A stretch of DNA of 64,000 nt from Malacoraja senta (GCA_038087875.1 CM075987.1:23190001-23254000), one strand, 5' to 3'. Counted from the stretch's first letter, positions 15,404-29,074 are shown. The notes: generated by a model from the letters alone, not told the origin. Numbers and translations: made by a program.

Positions 15404-15560
15404 AGTTTAAGAAGGAATGCAGATGCTGGAAAATCGAAGGTAGACAAAAGTGCTGGAGAAACTCAGCGGGTGCAGCAGCGTCTATGGAGGGTTTTTTCCC
15501 TCCCCTTCTTCCATAGATGCTGCTGCACCCGCTGAGTTTCTCCAGCACTTTTGTCTACCT
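15404..15560. mobile_element. Shorter Penelope-derived hairpin element
   Basis: Same arms with a different loop; TSD tactgataac at 15394-15403 and 15566-15575. Confidence 0.7.
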
Positions 15561-15760
15561 TCTACTACTGATAACTGGTTCGTTGCGTGGTGGGTGTGTG
15601 GTAGATACGATGATCGGCGTTTACCAATCACTCTGCGGCGGTTGTGCGGTGGATAGGTTGGCCGGTGTTTACCGGTGACTGCATGGTGCGGTAGGTTTGT
15701 TCGCCGGTCGCTGCTCAGTAGTGCGGTGGGTGCCCAGGACTTGCCGTTTGCCGGGACTTA

Positions 15761-15958
<198 letters not shown>

Positions 15959-16369
15959 TTACACCGAGTGCTGGTGTAACCCAGCGGGACAGGCAGGCAG
16001 CATCTCTGGAGAAAAGGAATAGGTGACGATTCTGGTCTGAAGAAGGGTTTCCGATCCAAAAATGTCACCTATTCCTTTTTCTCAGAGATGCTGCCTGAGC
16101 CGCTGAGTTATATTCTGTCTACCTCTTGCTTGGATGGCCCGTCTTTCTGCAGCAGTGTGTCTGTGGCCTGTCCCACTCAACCCAGCGCTGCGCCAGAGGG
16201 ACCACGAGGGGGTGGCGCTGTGATCGAACTCCCCACCGGGTGTACGCCCCCTAAGGCTGAAGGACGTGCTGGGGTTGGGCTTCAGCTGGTGGGAGCAGTG
16301 CAGCAGCCTGTTGCAGGTGGAGAGGCTCATCCGGGGAAGGGTGCTGGATTCCCTCCAAGATGTGGGCGT

Positions 16370-16995
16370 GGGGTGGGCTTGGATTTGTCCCTATAGAGAG
16401 AGGGATGGGTTGGGATTTGTCCCTGTTGGGAGTGGGATGTTGTGTGAGTTGCCCTGTAGACTGAGGGGTGTGCTGGGATTAGTCCCCATAGAGAGAGGAT
16501 GTGTTGGGATTTTGTCCCTGTTGGGAGTGGGATGTGGTGGGAGTTGCCTGTAGACTGAGGGGTGTGCTGGGATTAGTCCCCATAGAGTGGGGAATGTGCT
16601 GGGATTAGTCCCCATAGGAGAGGGATGTGGTGGGAGTTGCCCTGTAGACTGAGGGGGTGTGCTGGGATTAGTCCCCATAGAGTGGGGAATGTGCTGGATT
16701 AGTCCCATAGGGAGAGGGATGTGGTGGGAGTTGCCCTGTAGACTGATGGGGTGTGGCTGGGATTAGTCCCCATAGAGTGGGGAATGTGCTGGATTAGTCC
16801 CCATAGGGAGAGGGATGTGGTGGGAGTGCCTGTAGACTGAGGGATGTGCTGGATTAGTCCCCGTAGAGTGGGGGATGTACTGGGATTAGTCCCATAGAGT
16901 GGCTGGATGTGCTGGGATTAGAACCGCGTACAGTGGGGAGATGTGCTGGAATTAGTCCAGTGGAGTGGGGGTTGTGCTGGGATTAGTCCCGTACA
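16370..16995. repeat. About 31-bp minisatellite (gtgctgggattagtccccatagag...) with a roughly 3-unit higher-order pattern
   Basis: Direct inspection. Confidence 0.9.
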
Positions 16996-17406
16996 GTGTG
17001 TGTGTGTGTGTGTGTGTGTGTGCTGACATTCCCACCCACCTGATGGCGAGGTGTGCTTTGGTTTCCCAATGTGCTGCTTATCTTTCCCAGGGAGCAACCT
17101 CACTGCCCCATCCTTAACATGGCTGGAGATCCAGTGAAGTCTGTGTGATCAGTCCCTGCTCACCGTGATCGGATCTCACTGGGGTTTAGTTTGGAGATAC
17201 AGTTGCGGAAACTTATACAGAAGTCCAATGACTTCATCATTAACCTAATTTAATGTGTGAGCCAATTGCCAAGTGATTCATAACAACCGCCAATTGGCCC
17301 ACTTCAAATTAATGATGACTTGTTTCCTTGCCACCGAGTCTGCGCTGACCAGCAATCCCTGTACACAAGTGCTAACCTACACACAAGGGAGAATTTATAC
17401 TCCTTA

Positions 17407-17708
17407 AGAGCCTGTCCCACTTACGCGACTTTTTCGGCGACTGCTGGCACCCGTCATAGGGTTGCCAAAATTCAGCGGCGACCAGAAAGACGCCACGACT
17501 CTTTGGGCGACTGAGGAGACGACTCACGACCATACCTGGCAACATGTCGCGGGGTGACGCCTGTATGGTCGTGAGTAGTCGCCCAAAGAGTCGTACCTTG
17601 TCTTGGTCGACGCTGGATTTTCAGCATGTTGACATTTTTCGGCGACCTGTAACGACCTATGACGGGTGCCGGCAGTCGCCGAAAAGGTCGCGTAAGTGGA
17701 CAGGCCCT
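17407..17708. mobile_element. PIF/Harbinger-type MITE inserted in a V-SINE
   Basis: Same TIR; TTA TSD. Confidence 0.85.
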
Positions 17709-18307
17709 TTACTGATTGAAGCCAATTAACCTACAAACGGTACGTCTTTGGAGTGTGGGTGGAAACCGGAGCACCTGGAGAAGACCCACGCAGGTCACGG
17801 GGAGAAACGTCCAAAGAGCAAACGTACATCCAAAGACTGTAGTGGGTTTGTGGGTCAATTGGCCTCTGTAGATTGTCCGTCGTGTTCATGGAGCGTTTGA
17901 TCAAGTAAATTGCCGCTAGTGTGTAGGGAATGGATGAGAATGTGGGATAACATAGAACTAGTGCGAACAGGTGATTGGTGGACAGCATGGACTCAGTGGG
18001 CCAAAGGGCCCGTTTCCATGTGGAGACAAGGAACTGCAGATGCAGGTTTACACAAAAGGACACAAAGTGCTGGAGTATCGGGCCGCGTGTCGGGCAACAT
18101 CTCTGGAGAACGTGGACAGGTGACGTTTCGGGTCGGGCCTGTTTCCATGCTGTGTCTCCAAACTGAACTAAACTAGACTGGGACCCCTGCCACTGCCTGC
18201 GACCCAGCCCTACCCCACAGACCCCGGGGAGAGGGGGGAGGGGGGGCGGGGAGAAGGGGGGTGGAGGAAGCCATCTCCGCACAACCCGCTCAAGTTCGCG
18301 TGATTCA

Positions 18308-18555
<248 letters not shown>

Positions 18556-18926
18556 CTATCAGTCGTAAGTGTGGCAAAATAAACCCCCACCCACCCCTCC
18601 ACCACCCCCCCCCCTCCCCCCCCCCAACAGCTCCCTGCCACCCTGTCTAACCGACTGAAGAAAGAAAAGAAGATAGTTTCTGTTTCTTTCCCACCTTTTG
18701 CAAACTCAGTTACAGCTGCTGGGTTATTATATTGTCACTGTAATGTCGGACACACTACGGTCAACTTGGGCCGAGGAAGCTGCCCACAATCAGAAAGGCG
18801 ACAGTCAGTTTTGTTTAACTGATGCCGCTCGAGGGACAGGGGCAGGGCAGGGCAGAGGGAAGAATTTCCTGGCTATTCTCAAGGTATTAGGGGGCCTTTT
18901 ACCTGCAAGGGGATTATGTGCCTGTC

Positions 18927-18986
<60 letters not shown>

Positions 18987-19034
18987 GTGTGTGTGTGTGT
19001 GTGTGTGTGTTGTGTGTGTGTGTGTGTGTGTGTG

Positions 19035-19066
<32 letters not shown>

Positions 19067-19070
19067 TGTG
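18927..19070. repeat. (TG)n microsatellite at contig end
   Basis: Direct inspection. Confidence 0.98.
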
Positions 19071-19072
19071 CG

Positions 19073-19272
19073 NNNNNNNNNNNNNNNNNNNNNNNNNNNN
19101 NNNNNNNNNNNNNNNNNNNNNNNNNNNNNNNNNNNNNNNNNNNNNNNNNNNNNNNNNNNNNNNNNNNNNNNNNNNNNNNNNNNNNNNNNNNNNNNNNNNN
19201 NNNNNNNNNNNNNNNNNNNNNNNNNNNNNNNNNNNNNNNNNNNNNNNNNNNNNNNNNNNNNNNNNNNNNNNN
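19073..19272. other. Assembly gap (200 N)
   Basis: N run following a long (TG)n tract. Confidence 1.
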
Positions 19273-20199
19273 AAGCTTTTGTTGCGTGCTAACCAGTCAG
19301 CGGAAAGACAACACATGATTACAATCGAGCCATCCACAGTGTACAGAAAGATGCAGGAATAACGTTTAGTGCAAAATAAAGTCCTACCAAAGTTATTCCG
19401 ATGTGATAACGTTCCCTGAAAGAGACTATTAGCAAGTATAAGGGGGATGTGGAACGGGAGGCAAGCTATTAGCTGGAATTGATTTGGAGCTGAGAAATAT
19501 ATAGTGGGGACCCACAGGCAAGTATTCAAGTTAGCAAGACGTGTCTAATGGTCACAAGGAATAGGTTTAGAATTAGGCCATTCAGCCCATCGAGTCTACT
19601 CCACCATTCAATCACGGCTGATCTATCTCTCCCTCCTAACCCCATTCTCCTGCCTTCTCCACATAACCCCTGACACCCGTACGAATCAAGAAAATGTTGA
19701 GACCTGCCGACCATCCCAGGGACTGATCCCTCTTCAGATAATGCTGTGGAAGGAAATGTTGTGTAATCTAAGTTTTCTGAACACACTTGGGTATAAGAGT
19801 TTCAGTTTATTGTCACGTGTACCGAGGTACAGTGAAAAGCTTTTGCTGCGTGCTATCCAGTCAGCAGAAAGACAATACATGATTACAGCCGAGACGTTTA
19901 CAGTGGGTAGATACATGACAAGGGCATAAAGTGTATGGGGAATAGAGTAAGTATCGATGACAACAGAAAGTTATTGGTCGGGAAGTAAAGCAGAGAGTCA
20001 CCAGAATGAGACGTTAGGTTAACAGGTTAAATTAACAGATTAAACACTTCTATTCCCTTGAATATAGAAGATTAAGGGATGCACTTAATAAAGTGTTGAG
20101 GTGATTAAAGTCTCTGGTCAGAGACAGTGATGTATTGATCATAGTCTTCCTGTCTTTAACATTCTCAATTACTCAGTGCAGAACTGAATCATAACACTG

Positions 20200-21660
20200 G
20201 AATTTGGAAAGGCCGCCGTTGATTAGGGATAGTCAGCATGGTTTTGTGTGTGGGAGAAGTCATGCCTCATGAAGTTGATTCATGTTGTGAAGATATAGCC
20301 AAGAAGGATGCTGAGGGCAGGGCTATATGACTTTGGGAAGGCATTTGATAAGGTTCTGCATGGTAATAGCCCTGTCCCACGGTGCGAGTTCATTCCAAGA
20401 GCTCTCCCGAGTTTTAAAAAAATCGAACTCGTGGTAAGCTCACGGAGAATGAACGTAGCGGGTACGTCGGAGCTCGGGGACGTCTCTTAGCGCTAACGGC
20501 AGGTACTCGGGAAGACTCGCTAACGGCAGGTAAGCAGGGGAAGACTCGTGAAGATTTTTCAACATGATGAAAAATGTCCACGAGAGCCCCGAGTACCGAC
20601 GAGTGGCCTTTACCGTAAATCTCCGAGTTCGAACCAGGGCAAACTCGGGAGAGCTCTTGGAATGAACTCGTACCGTGGGACAGGGGTTTCAGTTGTTCCT
20701 GAAGGTTATGTCGCATGGGATACAGGGAGGGCTGGCTAACTGGACACAGAATTGTCTTCATGGTAAGATGCAGAGGATGGTGGTGGAATATTGTTTATCG
20801 GATTAGATGCCTGTGTCTAGTGGTAGACGCCTGTGCCTCATGGATCGGTGCTGGGCCCATTGTTGGTGATGGCTGGTGAAAATATATAAAGCATGATTAA
20901 TACGTTTGCAGGTGACACTAAAATAGGTGGTGCCATAGACAGTGGAGATGGCAAGCAAGAATTGCAGTGGGATCTAAATAAGCAAGGATTGGGGCAGGCA
21001 ATGGCTAATGGAGTTTAATTCAGATAAGTGTGAGGTGAATTTTGGAAAGTCAAAACAGGGCAGGACCTTCGTAGTGAACGGTTGGGTCCGTGTGAGTGTT
21101 TTACATCTGAACGATCTTGGAGAACATGTACATAGTTCCATGAAAGTGGCTTGGGCGGTGAAGCAGGCTTTTGGTACGCTGGCCTTCATCAGTCAGTATA
21201 AGGGTGGCACAGTGGTAGAGTTGCTGCCTTGCTGCGGCAGAGATGCCGGTTCGATCCTGACTACAGGTGCTTGTCTGTACGGAGTTTGTACCTTCTCCCC
21301 GCGACCTGCGTGGGATTTCTCCAGGATCTCCGGTTTCCTCCCACACTCCAAAGATGTACAGGTTTGTAGGCTAATTGGCTTGGTATAACTGTAAATTGTC
21401 CCTAGTGTGCGCATAGGATTTGTGGGGTAAGATTTGTGTGCGGGGATCGCTGAAAAGTCAGGATATTGAGTATAGACTTCTGGACGTTATGTCACAGCTG
21501 TACAAGAGTCTGGTGAGGACACGCCTTTCAGTTTTCATCACCTTGCCATGGGAAGATGCTTTTGAACAAGAAAGAGTGCAGAGAAGATGAATGAGGATAT
21601 TGCCAGGACTGAGCTGCAGGGAGAGGCAAGGTCTACTGAGATTTTATTCCTTGGATTACA
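20200..21660 (+). mobile_element. Old decayed CR1 RT region interrupted by a MITE and a V-SINE
   Basis: Remnants resembling SQHGF, DFGKAFDKV, GSVLGP, FAGDTK and MEFNSDKCEV. Confidence 0.75.
20367..20688. mobile_element. Harbinger-type MITE with about 47-bp TIRs, inside an old CR1
   Basis: ccctgtcccacggt(g/a)cgagttcattccaagagctctcccgagttt inverted at both ends. Confidence 0.8.
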
Positions 21661-22144
21661 GGAGGCTGACTCTGACACTTGGGTCCAACGAATGATTCCG
21701 ACCAGAAACGTCACCCACAGGCGCAACCACAAACGGCTCAGTCTCAGTCTCGGTGGCCGCGGCAGGGAGGGAGGGTTCGACACTGACCCGAGACAGGCCA
21801 AGTCCTTCGTTGCAGTAACTCATGGCTGCGTTCCTAGTTCACATCTTTGTGTCGATCTGCTTTTGTTTGTTTGTTTGTTTGTTTGTGCAGTCAGTCACTG
21901 CATCAACCTGAGTCTGTTGAATAATTCCTTTTCAATTTACCAAGCCGTTGAGTGTTTGTACATTTGCATTCTTGGCCTCTGTCGCTACTTTGGTTGGAAC
22001 TGGGTAGTCAGTCGTGTATCTCAAAGTACTCCAGTTGCTGAAAGGCTTCTGAAGTACAGTCTCCGTCGTAAATCACAAACAGCCGCAGAGGTTTTGCACT
22101 CGTCCAAGTCTGGTTAATAGCAAGGTGGTAGTAACCACACTAAC

Positions 22145-22287
22145 TTCTTCTTCTTCTTGCGTGTGGCGTGCACAGCCTAAAGTTGTAGGACAACTTGTTC
22201 TATTTGATCTTCCGTTTGTGCACGTCGAGTTGATTGCATTCGTCGAAACAGGGTGGACCACGTGAAGGTTGCAATCTCCCACCCCCC
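22145..22287 (-). mobile_element. 143-bp non-autonomous retroelement (Vingi/Ingi- or RTE-like) with a 5' HDV-like ribozyme and (GAA)n tail
   Basis: 10-bp TSD ccacactaac at 22135-22144 and 22288-22297; (ttc)n on the plus strand is the 3' tail; ribozyme fold at the 5' end. Confidence 0.8.
22232..22285 (-). ncRNA. Minimal HDV-like self-cleaving ribozyme (predicted)
   Basis: GGGGUGG-GA-GAUUGCA-ACC-UUCACGU-GGU-CCACCCU-G-UUUCGA-C-GAA-UGCAAUC. P1 has 7 bp with a G1-U wobble, P2 7 bp, P3 3 bp, L3 7 nt, J4/2 is CGAA. Confidence 0.85.
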
Positions 22288-22528
22288 CCACACTAACCGA
22301 TGGCCATAAACAGTACATCCGGCTGAAAGGTAACTGTTTTTCGGGGAGAAGTCCCAGGCTCCCGAAATATTGCCCTGGGTTATTCCATGTTGTACTGATT
22401 GGTTGATTGGGTTAAAACGTGGCCGTTTTCACCTAGCCCATGGTTGACAATGGCCTGTTTCCTTTGTCATCGTAACTTCGTTGCATATATTTAATTCATT
22501 TGTTCCATATCTCTCGTTTCACTTTCCA

Positions 22529-23409
22529 TCGGTGGGCGGCACGACTCTCGTTTGCAGCGGCCTCTGCAGTCCGTCTGTCTTTTATTATTTTTGTCTCGTT
22601 TTTATGTAGTTTTTTATTTATTTTTTTGTCGGGGTATGTGTGTGGGGGGGTGGGGGTGGGGGTGGGGGGGGAAACTTTAAAATCTTTCCCCTGCACGGGA
22701 GACCCGACCTTTTCTTTGTCGGGTCTCCGTTGTCGTTGGGGCTGGGCAACGTGGAGCGGCCTCCAGCAGGAACGACCTGGGGCTCCAGTTGCGGAGCTGC
22801 GGACTACTCACCGTCGCGGGGCTGGCCGAGTCCGGAGCGGGTGGAGCTGTGGTGGAGACAATCGCTGCTGCGACCCGACCCCCGGAGATTCGGAGGCTAC
22901 AACCGCGGGTCTGGCGGACGGCAACACCGGAGGCCCGCGGGTCCCCTGGTGGGAGACCGCCTTTCGGGGCTTCCGCAGCGGCGACTTCTCCCGCCCGAGT
23001 TGCGGGGTTGAAGAGCACCTGGAGCGGGGCTTTACATCGCCGCCCCGCGCGGCTTGGAATGGCCGCCGGACTTTGCGAGCGCGCGCCGGGGCTCTAACAC
23101 CAAGACCCGGTGTGCGACCTTGCATTAACCGGCGTGGCTTTAATGGCCGCGGGATAATCACCATCGCCCGCCGGGGGCTTTGACTTTGACTCTGACATCG
23201 GGGGGGGGGGGAGTGCAGTGGAGAGATACGTTTTTTTGCCTTCCATCACAGCGCTGTGATGGATGTATGTGTAAATTGTGTTGTGTCTCGGGTCTTCTTC
23301 GTTTTGTAACGTATGGCTGCAGAAACGACATTCCGTTTGGACCTCAAGGGGTCCAAATGACAAATTTGTCCAAAAGACAAATAAAATTGTATTGTATTGT
23401 ATTGTATTG
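22529..23409 (+). mobile_element. GC/CpG-rich non-coding retroelement with an (attgt)n LINE-type tail, inserted in a Penelope 3' UTR fragment
   Basis: Host PLE sequence is continuous across the insertion; a related tail fragment lies at about 14690-14870 on the minus strand. Confidence 0.6.
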
Positions 23410-24049
23410 ACTCTCAGTCTGAAGAAGGGACCCAAAACGTCACCTATTCCTTTTCTCCAGAGATACAGCCTGACCTGCTGAGTTACTCCAGCATGTTGTG
23501 TCTATCTCCGGTCTAAGCCAGCATTTGCAGTTCCTCCCTCCAAAGTGACCGAGGGGAGGTGTTAATAAGATGAATCGAAATCAATCTGAAGGAGAAGGGT
23601 TCCGACCCAAAACATCGACCGTCCTTCTCTCCAGAGATGCTGCCTGACCCGCTGAGTTACTCCAGCATTTTGTGTTCTATGCAAGATTCCAGCATCTGCA
23701 AACCCTTGTGTCTCCAGATCTTTATGTTTCCAAGAAAGAACTGCAGATGCGCTGGTTTAAATCAAAGGTGGGCACAAAATGCTAGAGTAACTCAGCGGGA
23801 CGGGCAGCATCTCTGGAGAGAAGGAATAGATAGATGCTGCCTGTCCCGCTGAGTTACTCCAGCATTTTGTGTCTACCTTCTTTTTGCGTCTGTCTTTGAT
23901 TGATTGATTGAAAATACAGCATGGAAACATGCTCTCCAGCCCACTGAATCCAAGCCGACCATCTAGTTCACACTAGTTCTATGTTATTCCACTTTCTCAG
24001 CTGCTCCCTCCACAATAGTCCAACAGGACCTCAGTGTCGAGGAGCTCCT

Positions 24050-24672
24050 AGCAAGTTCCTAGGAGTAGATATCACCAGCAAATTTTCCTGGACTAGCCTT
24101 ATCGAAGCAATGGCCAAGACAGCACACCATCGCCTCTACCTCCTTAGAAGGCTTAGGAAGTTCAGCATGACCTCAACAACTCTCAGCAACATCTACAGAT
24201 GCGCCGTAGAAAGATGCATCACAACTTGGTTAAGGAACAGCTCCATCCAAAACCAACCTCCCTTCCACTGACTCCATCCGCACCTCACGCTGCCTCGGCA
24301 GGGCCAGCAGCATCATCAAGGGCGAGTCTCAACCCGGTCACTCCCACTTCTCCCGCCTCCCATCGGGCAAAAGGTATCGAAGTGTGAAAACGCACACCTC
24401 CGGGCTCAGGGGCAGTACCTTGCCAGCTGTCAGCTGAACCATCCTATCATCAACTGGAGAACAGTCCCGAGCTACCATCTGCCTCATTGGAGACTCTCGG
24501 ACTATCTTTAATCGGATTTTACTGGACTTTATTTTGCACTATACATTATTCCCATTATCCTGTCAACCGCGGACAGCTTGATTGTAATCATTTGCCATCT
24601 TTCCGCGGACTGGATAGCCCACAACAAAAGGTTTCATTGTACCTCGGTACACGTGACAATAAACTAAACTGA
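24050..24672 (+). mobile_element. Rex1/Babar-type LINE 3' fragment
   Basis: KFLGVDIT...AHHRLYLLRRLRKF...IYRCAVE; 3' end gtgacaataaactaaactgaa. Confidence 0.75.
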
Positions 24673-25258
24673 ACAGTTGAAATTCTCCTCTGGAAGATGG
24701 GCTCCTGCAAATGCCGTGTTGCATCAGGTACATCAACTTTGTGCTCAAACCTCTGCATTTGTTCTTAATTCTTGTTCTTACTGGCGGGAGAGTGGAGGAC
24801 CAGAGGCATATCCTCAGATAAAAGGACGTACCCATAGTACGGAGATGAGCAGGGGTTTCTTGGGTCAGAGGGTGGTGAATCAATGGTGGAATTAATTGCC
24901 GCAGACAGCTGAGGAGGCAAAGGCAGGGGATGTTTTTAAGGCAGAGATTGACAGATTAGTACGGGTGTCAGGGGTTATGGGGAGAAGGCAGGAGAATGAG
25001 GTTGAGAGGGAAAGATAGGTCGGCCATGATTGAAGGGCGGAGTAGACTTGATGGGCCGAATGGCCTAATTCTGCTCCTAGAACATAATTCTGTGGCCTCT
25101 TGACTCAATAATATGAGTGCTATGCACCAGCCCCTAGAATAAAACACAAACAAACTTGTGAAACTGTGAAATCTGGATTGGGTATAGACTTTGTATCGTT
25201 GAAACTCGTGTATTGGCCACTGCACTATTGGATTGCAGCAAATTGTATAATCAATACC

Positions 25259-25339
25259 AGAGAATGAAACATCTGTATAACCACTGGGGCAGAGAGAATG
25301 AAACATCTGTATAACCACTGGGGCAGAGAGAATGAAACA
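25259..25339. repeat. 34-bp tandem duplication
   Basis: agagaatgaaacatctgtataaccactggggcag, about 2.3 copies. Confidence 0.9.
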
Positions 25340-26090
25340 GTTACACAGTGCATGGTTAGTCAAAGGGGAGAAAATCTCTTAAATTAAAAGAAGAGGCTGG
25401 AAAATAACTGCAGGAATTACTGGCAATGCTCAGCTAAAAATAAGTGTTAATGCACAGTGCAGTCACCTTTCATCAGAAGGCATGGATGATGGAGATTTAA
25501 CCATTTGTAAGCAAGGAAAGAAATGGACAGGAAGGAACTGCAGACGCTGGTTTACTCCGAAGATAGACACAAAATGCTGGAGTAACTCAGCGGGACAGGC
25601 AGCATCTCTGGACGGTAGACATGGGTGACGTCACCCATTCCTTCTCTCCAGAGATGGTGCCTGTCCCGCCGAATTACTCCAGCATTTTGTGCCTATAAAA
25701 GAAAAGGGCAGGTTGAATCCAGATCGAAACCTCTCGTGTTCTGCAAAGAATCTTTCCTTGTCCTCCTCTCTCCTCAAATTGTGCTTCTGATTTTCTTTTT
25801 TGTGTTTTTGGAAGGAATTCTGTCCCTGATTTGTGTATTGGTCTTTATAACTTTTTTTTTTTTTTAATTCTGATTATATGTTTCCTATAAATCTCTGTAA
25901 GGTGTCCTTGAGACCTCGGTATAAGGCGCCCATAAATAAAATTCATTATTATTATTATTATTATCTACAAGCTGTGTCTCGCACTCTAAGATCGCCCGTG
26001 TGTGTCAGTTGTCCTGGCTGCACTGATACCCAGGTCCCTGCATCAACCCCCCCCCCCTCCACATTCTCTGATCAATACATTGTTTCAATG

Positions 26091-26364
26091 GTAGACAAAA
26101 TTGCTGGAGAAACTCAGCGGGTGCAGCAGCATCTATGGAGCGAAGGAAATAGGCAACGTTTCGGGCCGAAACCCTTAAGGGAATAGGCAACCCTTAAGGA
26201 AATAACCCTTAAGGAAATAGGCAATGTTTCGGGCCGAAACCCAAGGGTTTCGGCCCGAAACTTTGCCTATTTCCTTCGCCCCATAGATGCTGCTGCACCC
26301 GCTGAGTTTCTCCAGCATTTTTGTGTATCCTCGATTTTCCAGCATCTGCAGTTCCTTCTTAAAC
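26091..26364. mobile_element. Penelope-derived hairpin element (reverse complement of the 13062 copy)
   Basis: TSD acattgtttcaatg at 26077-26090 and 26365-26378. Confidence 0.8.
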
Positions 26365-26590
26365 ACATTGTTTCAATGTCCAGTTTGGGGCAGCATGGTG
26401 GCGCAGCGGTAGAGTCACTGCCTCACAGTCCGAGACCCACAGATTCACGAACATTTCCCATATATTCCTGGCCCTGCCTTCTAGTTTCCTCCAAAAATGG
26501 AGACGTGCCTGGCATTACCATCCTGTTGAAAACATCTCACAACTCGAAAAACCTTCACTAGCTTCTCCCTGGTTCAGTGCATCTCACTAA

Positions 26591-26890
26591 GGGCGGCGCG
26601 GTGGCACGACGGGTTGAACTGCTGCCCAACAGCGCCAGAGACCCGGCTTCGATCCAGATTACGATGCAGTTTGTACGTCCTCCCCGTGACCTGCGTGGGT
26701 TTTCACCGGGTGCTCCGGTTTCCCCCCACACTCCAAAGACGCACAGGTTTGTAGGTTAATTGGCTTTGGTAAAATTTGTAATTTGTCCCTCGCGTGTAGG
26801 ATAGTGTTAGTGTGCGGGGATCGCTGGGCGGCGCGGACTCGGTGGGCCGAAAAGTCTGTTTCCGCGCTGAATCTCTAAACTAAACTAAAA
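26591..26890 (+). mobile_element. V-SINE
   Basis: Head, V-domain and (actaa)n tail. Confidence 0.8.
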
Positions 26891-28335
26891 CTTAAAAAAT
26901 CGACAGTATTTCACCCTCCTAACTCCATTCTCCTGCCTCCACCCCATAAACCCTGACACCCCTACGAATCAAGAATCTATCTATGTCTGCCTTAAAAATA
27001 TCCATTGATTTGGTCTCCACAGCCGTCTGTGGCAATTAATTCCACAGATCCATCACCCTCTGACTAAAGAAATTCCTCCTCATCTCTCTCCGAGAGGAAC
27101 GTCCTTTAATTCTGAGGCTATAACATCGAGTCCTAGACTCTCCCACTAGTGTAAACATCCTCGCCACAACCACTCTATCCAGACCTTCACTATTCGGTAA
27201 CTTTCAATGAGGTTCCCCCTCATCCTGCTAAACTCCAGCGAGTACAGGCCCAGTGCCGTCAAACACACGTCATGCATTAACTCACTCATTCCTGGGACCA
27301 TTCACGTAAACCTCCTCTGGACCCTCTCCAGTGCCAGGACACCCTTCCTCAGATATGCTTTTCACTGTACCTCGGTACGCGTGACAATAAACGAAACTGA
27401 TATGGGGGCCAAGATTGCTGGCGATACTACTAAGACCACTGTCCTTACCCATGCTGCTTGTTGACTCGGCCACTCTAAAGACTTCATTGAGCAGGAACCC
27501 CTGCATATTCCCAGCACATCGGGACCGTCCCTCTTGTGTCTTGTGTCTTGTGTTCTTAGAATAAAGGGGAGGCCGTTTAAGACTGAGGTGAGAAAAAACA
27601 TTTTCACCCAGAGAGTTGTGAATTTGTGGAATTCCCTGCCACAGAGGGCAGTGGAGGCCAAGTCACTGGATGGATTTAAGAGAGAGTTAGATAGAGCTCT
27701 AGGGGGGCGGTGGAATCAAGGGATATGGGGAGAAGGCAGGCACGGGTTATTGATTGGGGACGATCATCCATGATCACGATGAATGGCGGTGCTGGCTAGA
27801 AGGGCCGAATAGCCTTCTCCTGCATCTATTTTCTATGTTTCTATGTGTCAGGGTCTGCAGGTCCCCATCGGTCGCCTCGCAACCTACGTGACTTGGAGTG
27901 GAAGCAAAGCAGCCTCTGCCTCGAGGTACTGCCTGAGGAGGGAGGAACTGGGTCCCCTGTGCAGTTACACCTTCTCCTGTGAACCCTTGCATCAAGGCAG
28001 CTCGGGTAATGGAAATACACTCTCTCAGGATTACAAAATCGTTGCCAAATAATTCACATACATAATTTATGTGAGGGGAAAAAAATGACTAAATAAACAC
28101 AAAATGCACAATAAATAATAAATTTTATCGATTTCTGACAAGAGTTTGCAACAACAAAAATCACAACCTGGACAATTTCTTCGGAGCGCAAGCCTTCCAA
28201 CACGCAGAGTGTTCTGAATTTAAAATTCTCCTCCATGTTTTTAAGTCGCTTTTTGGCTTTCTTTCTTCACTCCTACTCTGTTACCTGCTTCAGCCGCACA
28301 ACCCACTGACCTTCCCCTCCCTCCCCTCCCCTCAA

Positions 28336-28632
28336 CGGCACGTGGCGCAGCGGTAGAGTTGCTGCCTCACTGCGCATGAGACCCGGGTTCGATCCTGACT
28401 ACGGGTGCTGCCTGTACGGAGTTTGTACGTCCCCCCCCCCGTGACCCGTGTGGGTTCTCCTCAGGTGCTCCGGCTTCCTCCCGCACGTACAGGTTTGTAG
28501 GTTAATTGGCTTTGGTATATAAATGCAAATTGTCCTCTACTGTGTAGGATTGTGTAAGTGTGCGGGGGTCACTGGTCGGCGCAGACTCGGTGGGCCGAAG
28601 GGCCTGTTTCCACGCTGCATCTCTAAACTAAA
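28336..28632 (+). mobile_element. V-SINE
   Basis: Head, V-domain and tail. Confidence 0.8.
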
Positions 28633-29074
28633 CACTAAGCACTGGCTATAAATAGACGCAAAAGCTGGAGTAACTCAGCGGGTCAGGCAGACTTTTCTCT
28701 CTGGAGAAAAGGAATAGGTGACGTTTCAGGTCAAGACCCTTCTTCAGACTGAGCGTCAGGGGAAAGGGAAACGAGAGATATAGACGGTGATGTAGAGAGA
28801 TAGAGAACAAATGAATGAAAGATATGCAAAAAATGATAAAGGAAACAGGCCATTGTCAGCTGTGGGCCAGGTGAACATTTGCTAGTCCACACTCTCTGCT
28901 GTCTCTACTAACTCTCTCACGATTTCCTCTTTTGGATCGGGACCTGTTTGATGTTTTTTTCTGACGGGTTGGGGGAGGAGGAGAGGGGTTCTGTGATGCC
29001 CCCTGAGACACCCTTCACCACTTATGGGTGAGAGGCAGCAGTGAATTGCTGCTGCCCCCCCCCCCCCCACCTCC

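Noticed and set aside
18698..19529. Long ORFs spanning (TG)n and Ns (also 54100-54897)
   Set aside because: Artefacts of the microsatellite and gap.
22500..23183. 227-aa and overlapping ORFs in the GC-rich element
   Set aside because: Stop-poor GC-rich DNA open in several frames; no domain motif.
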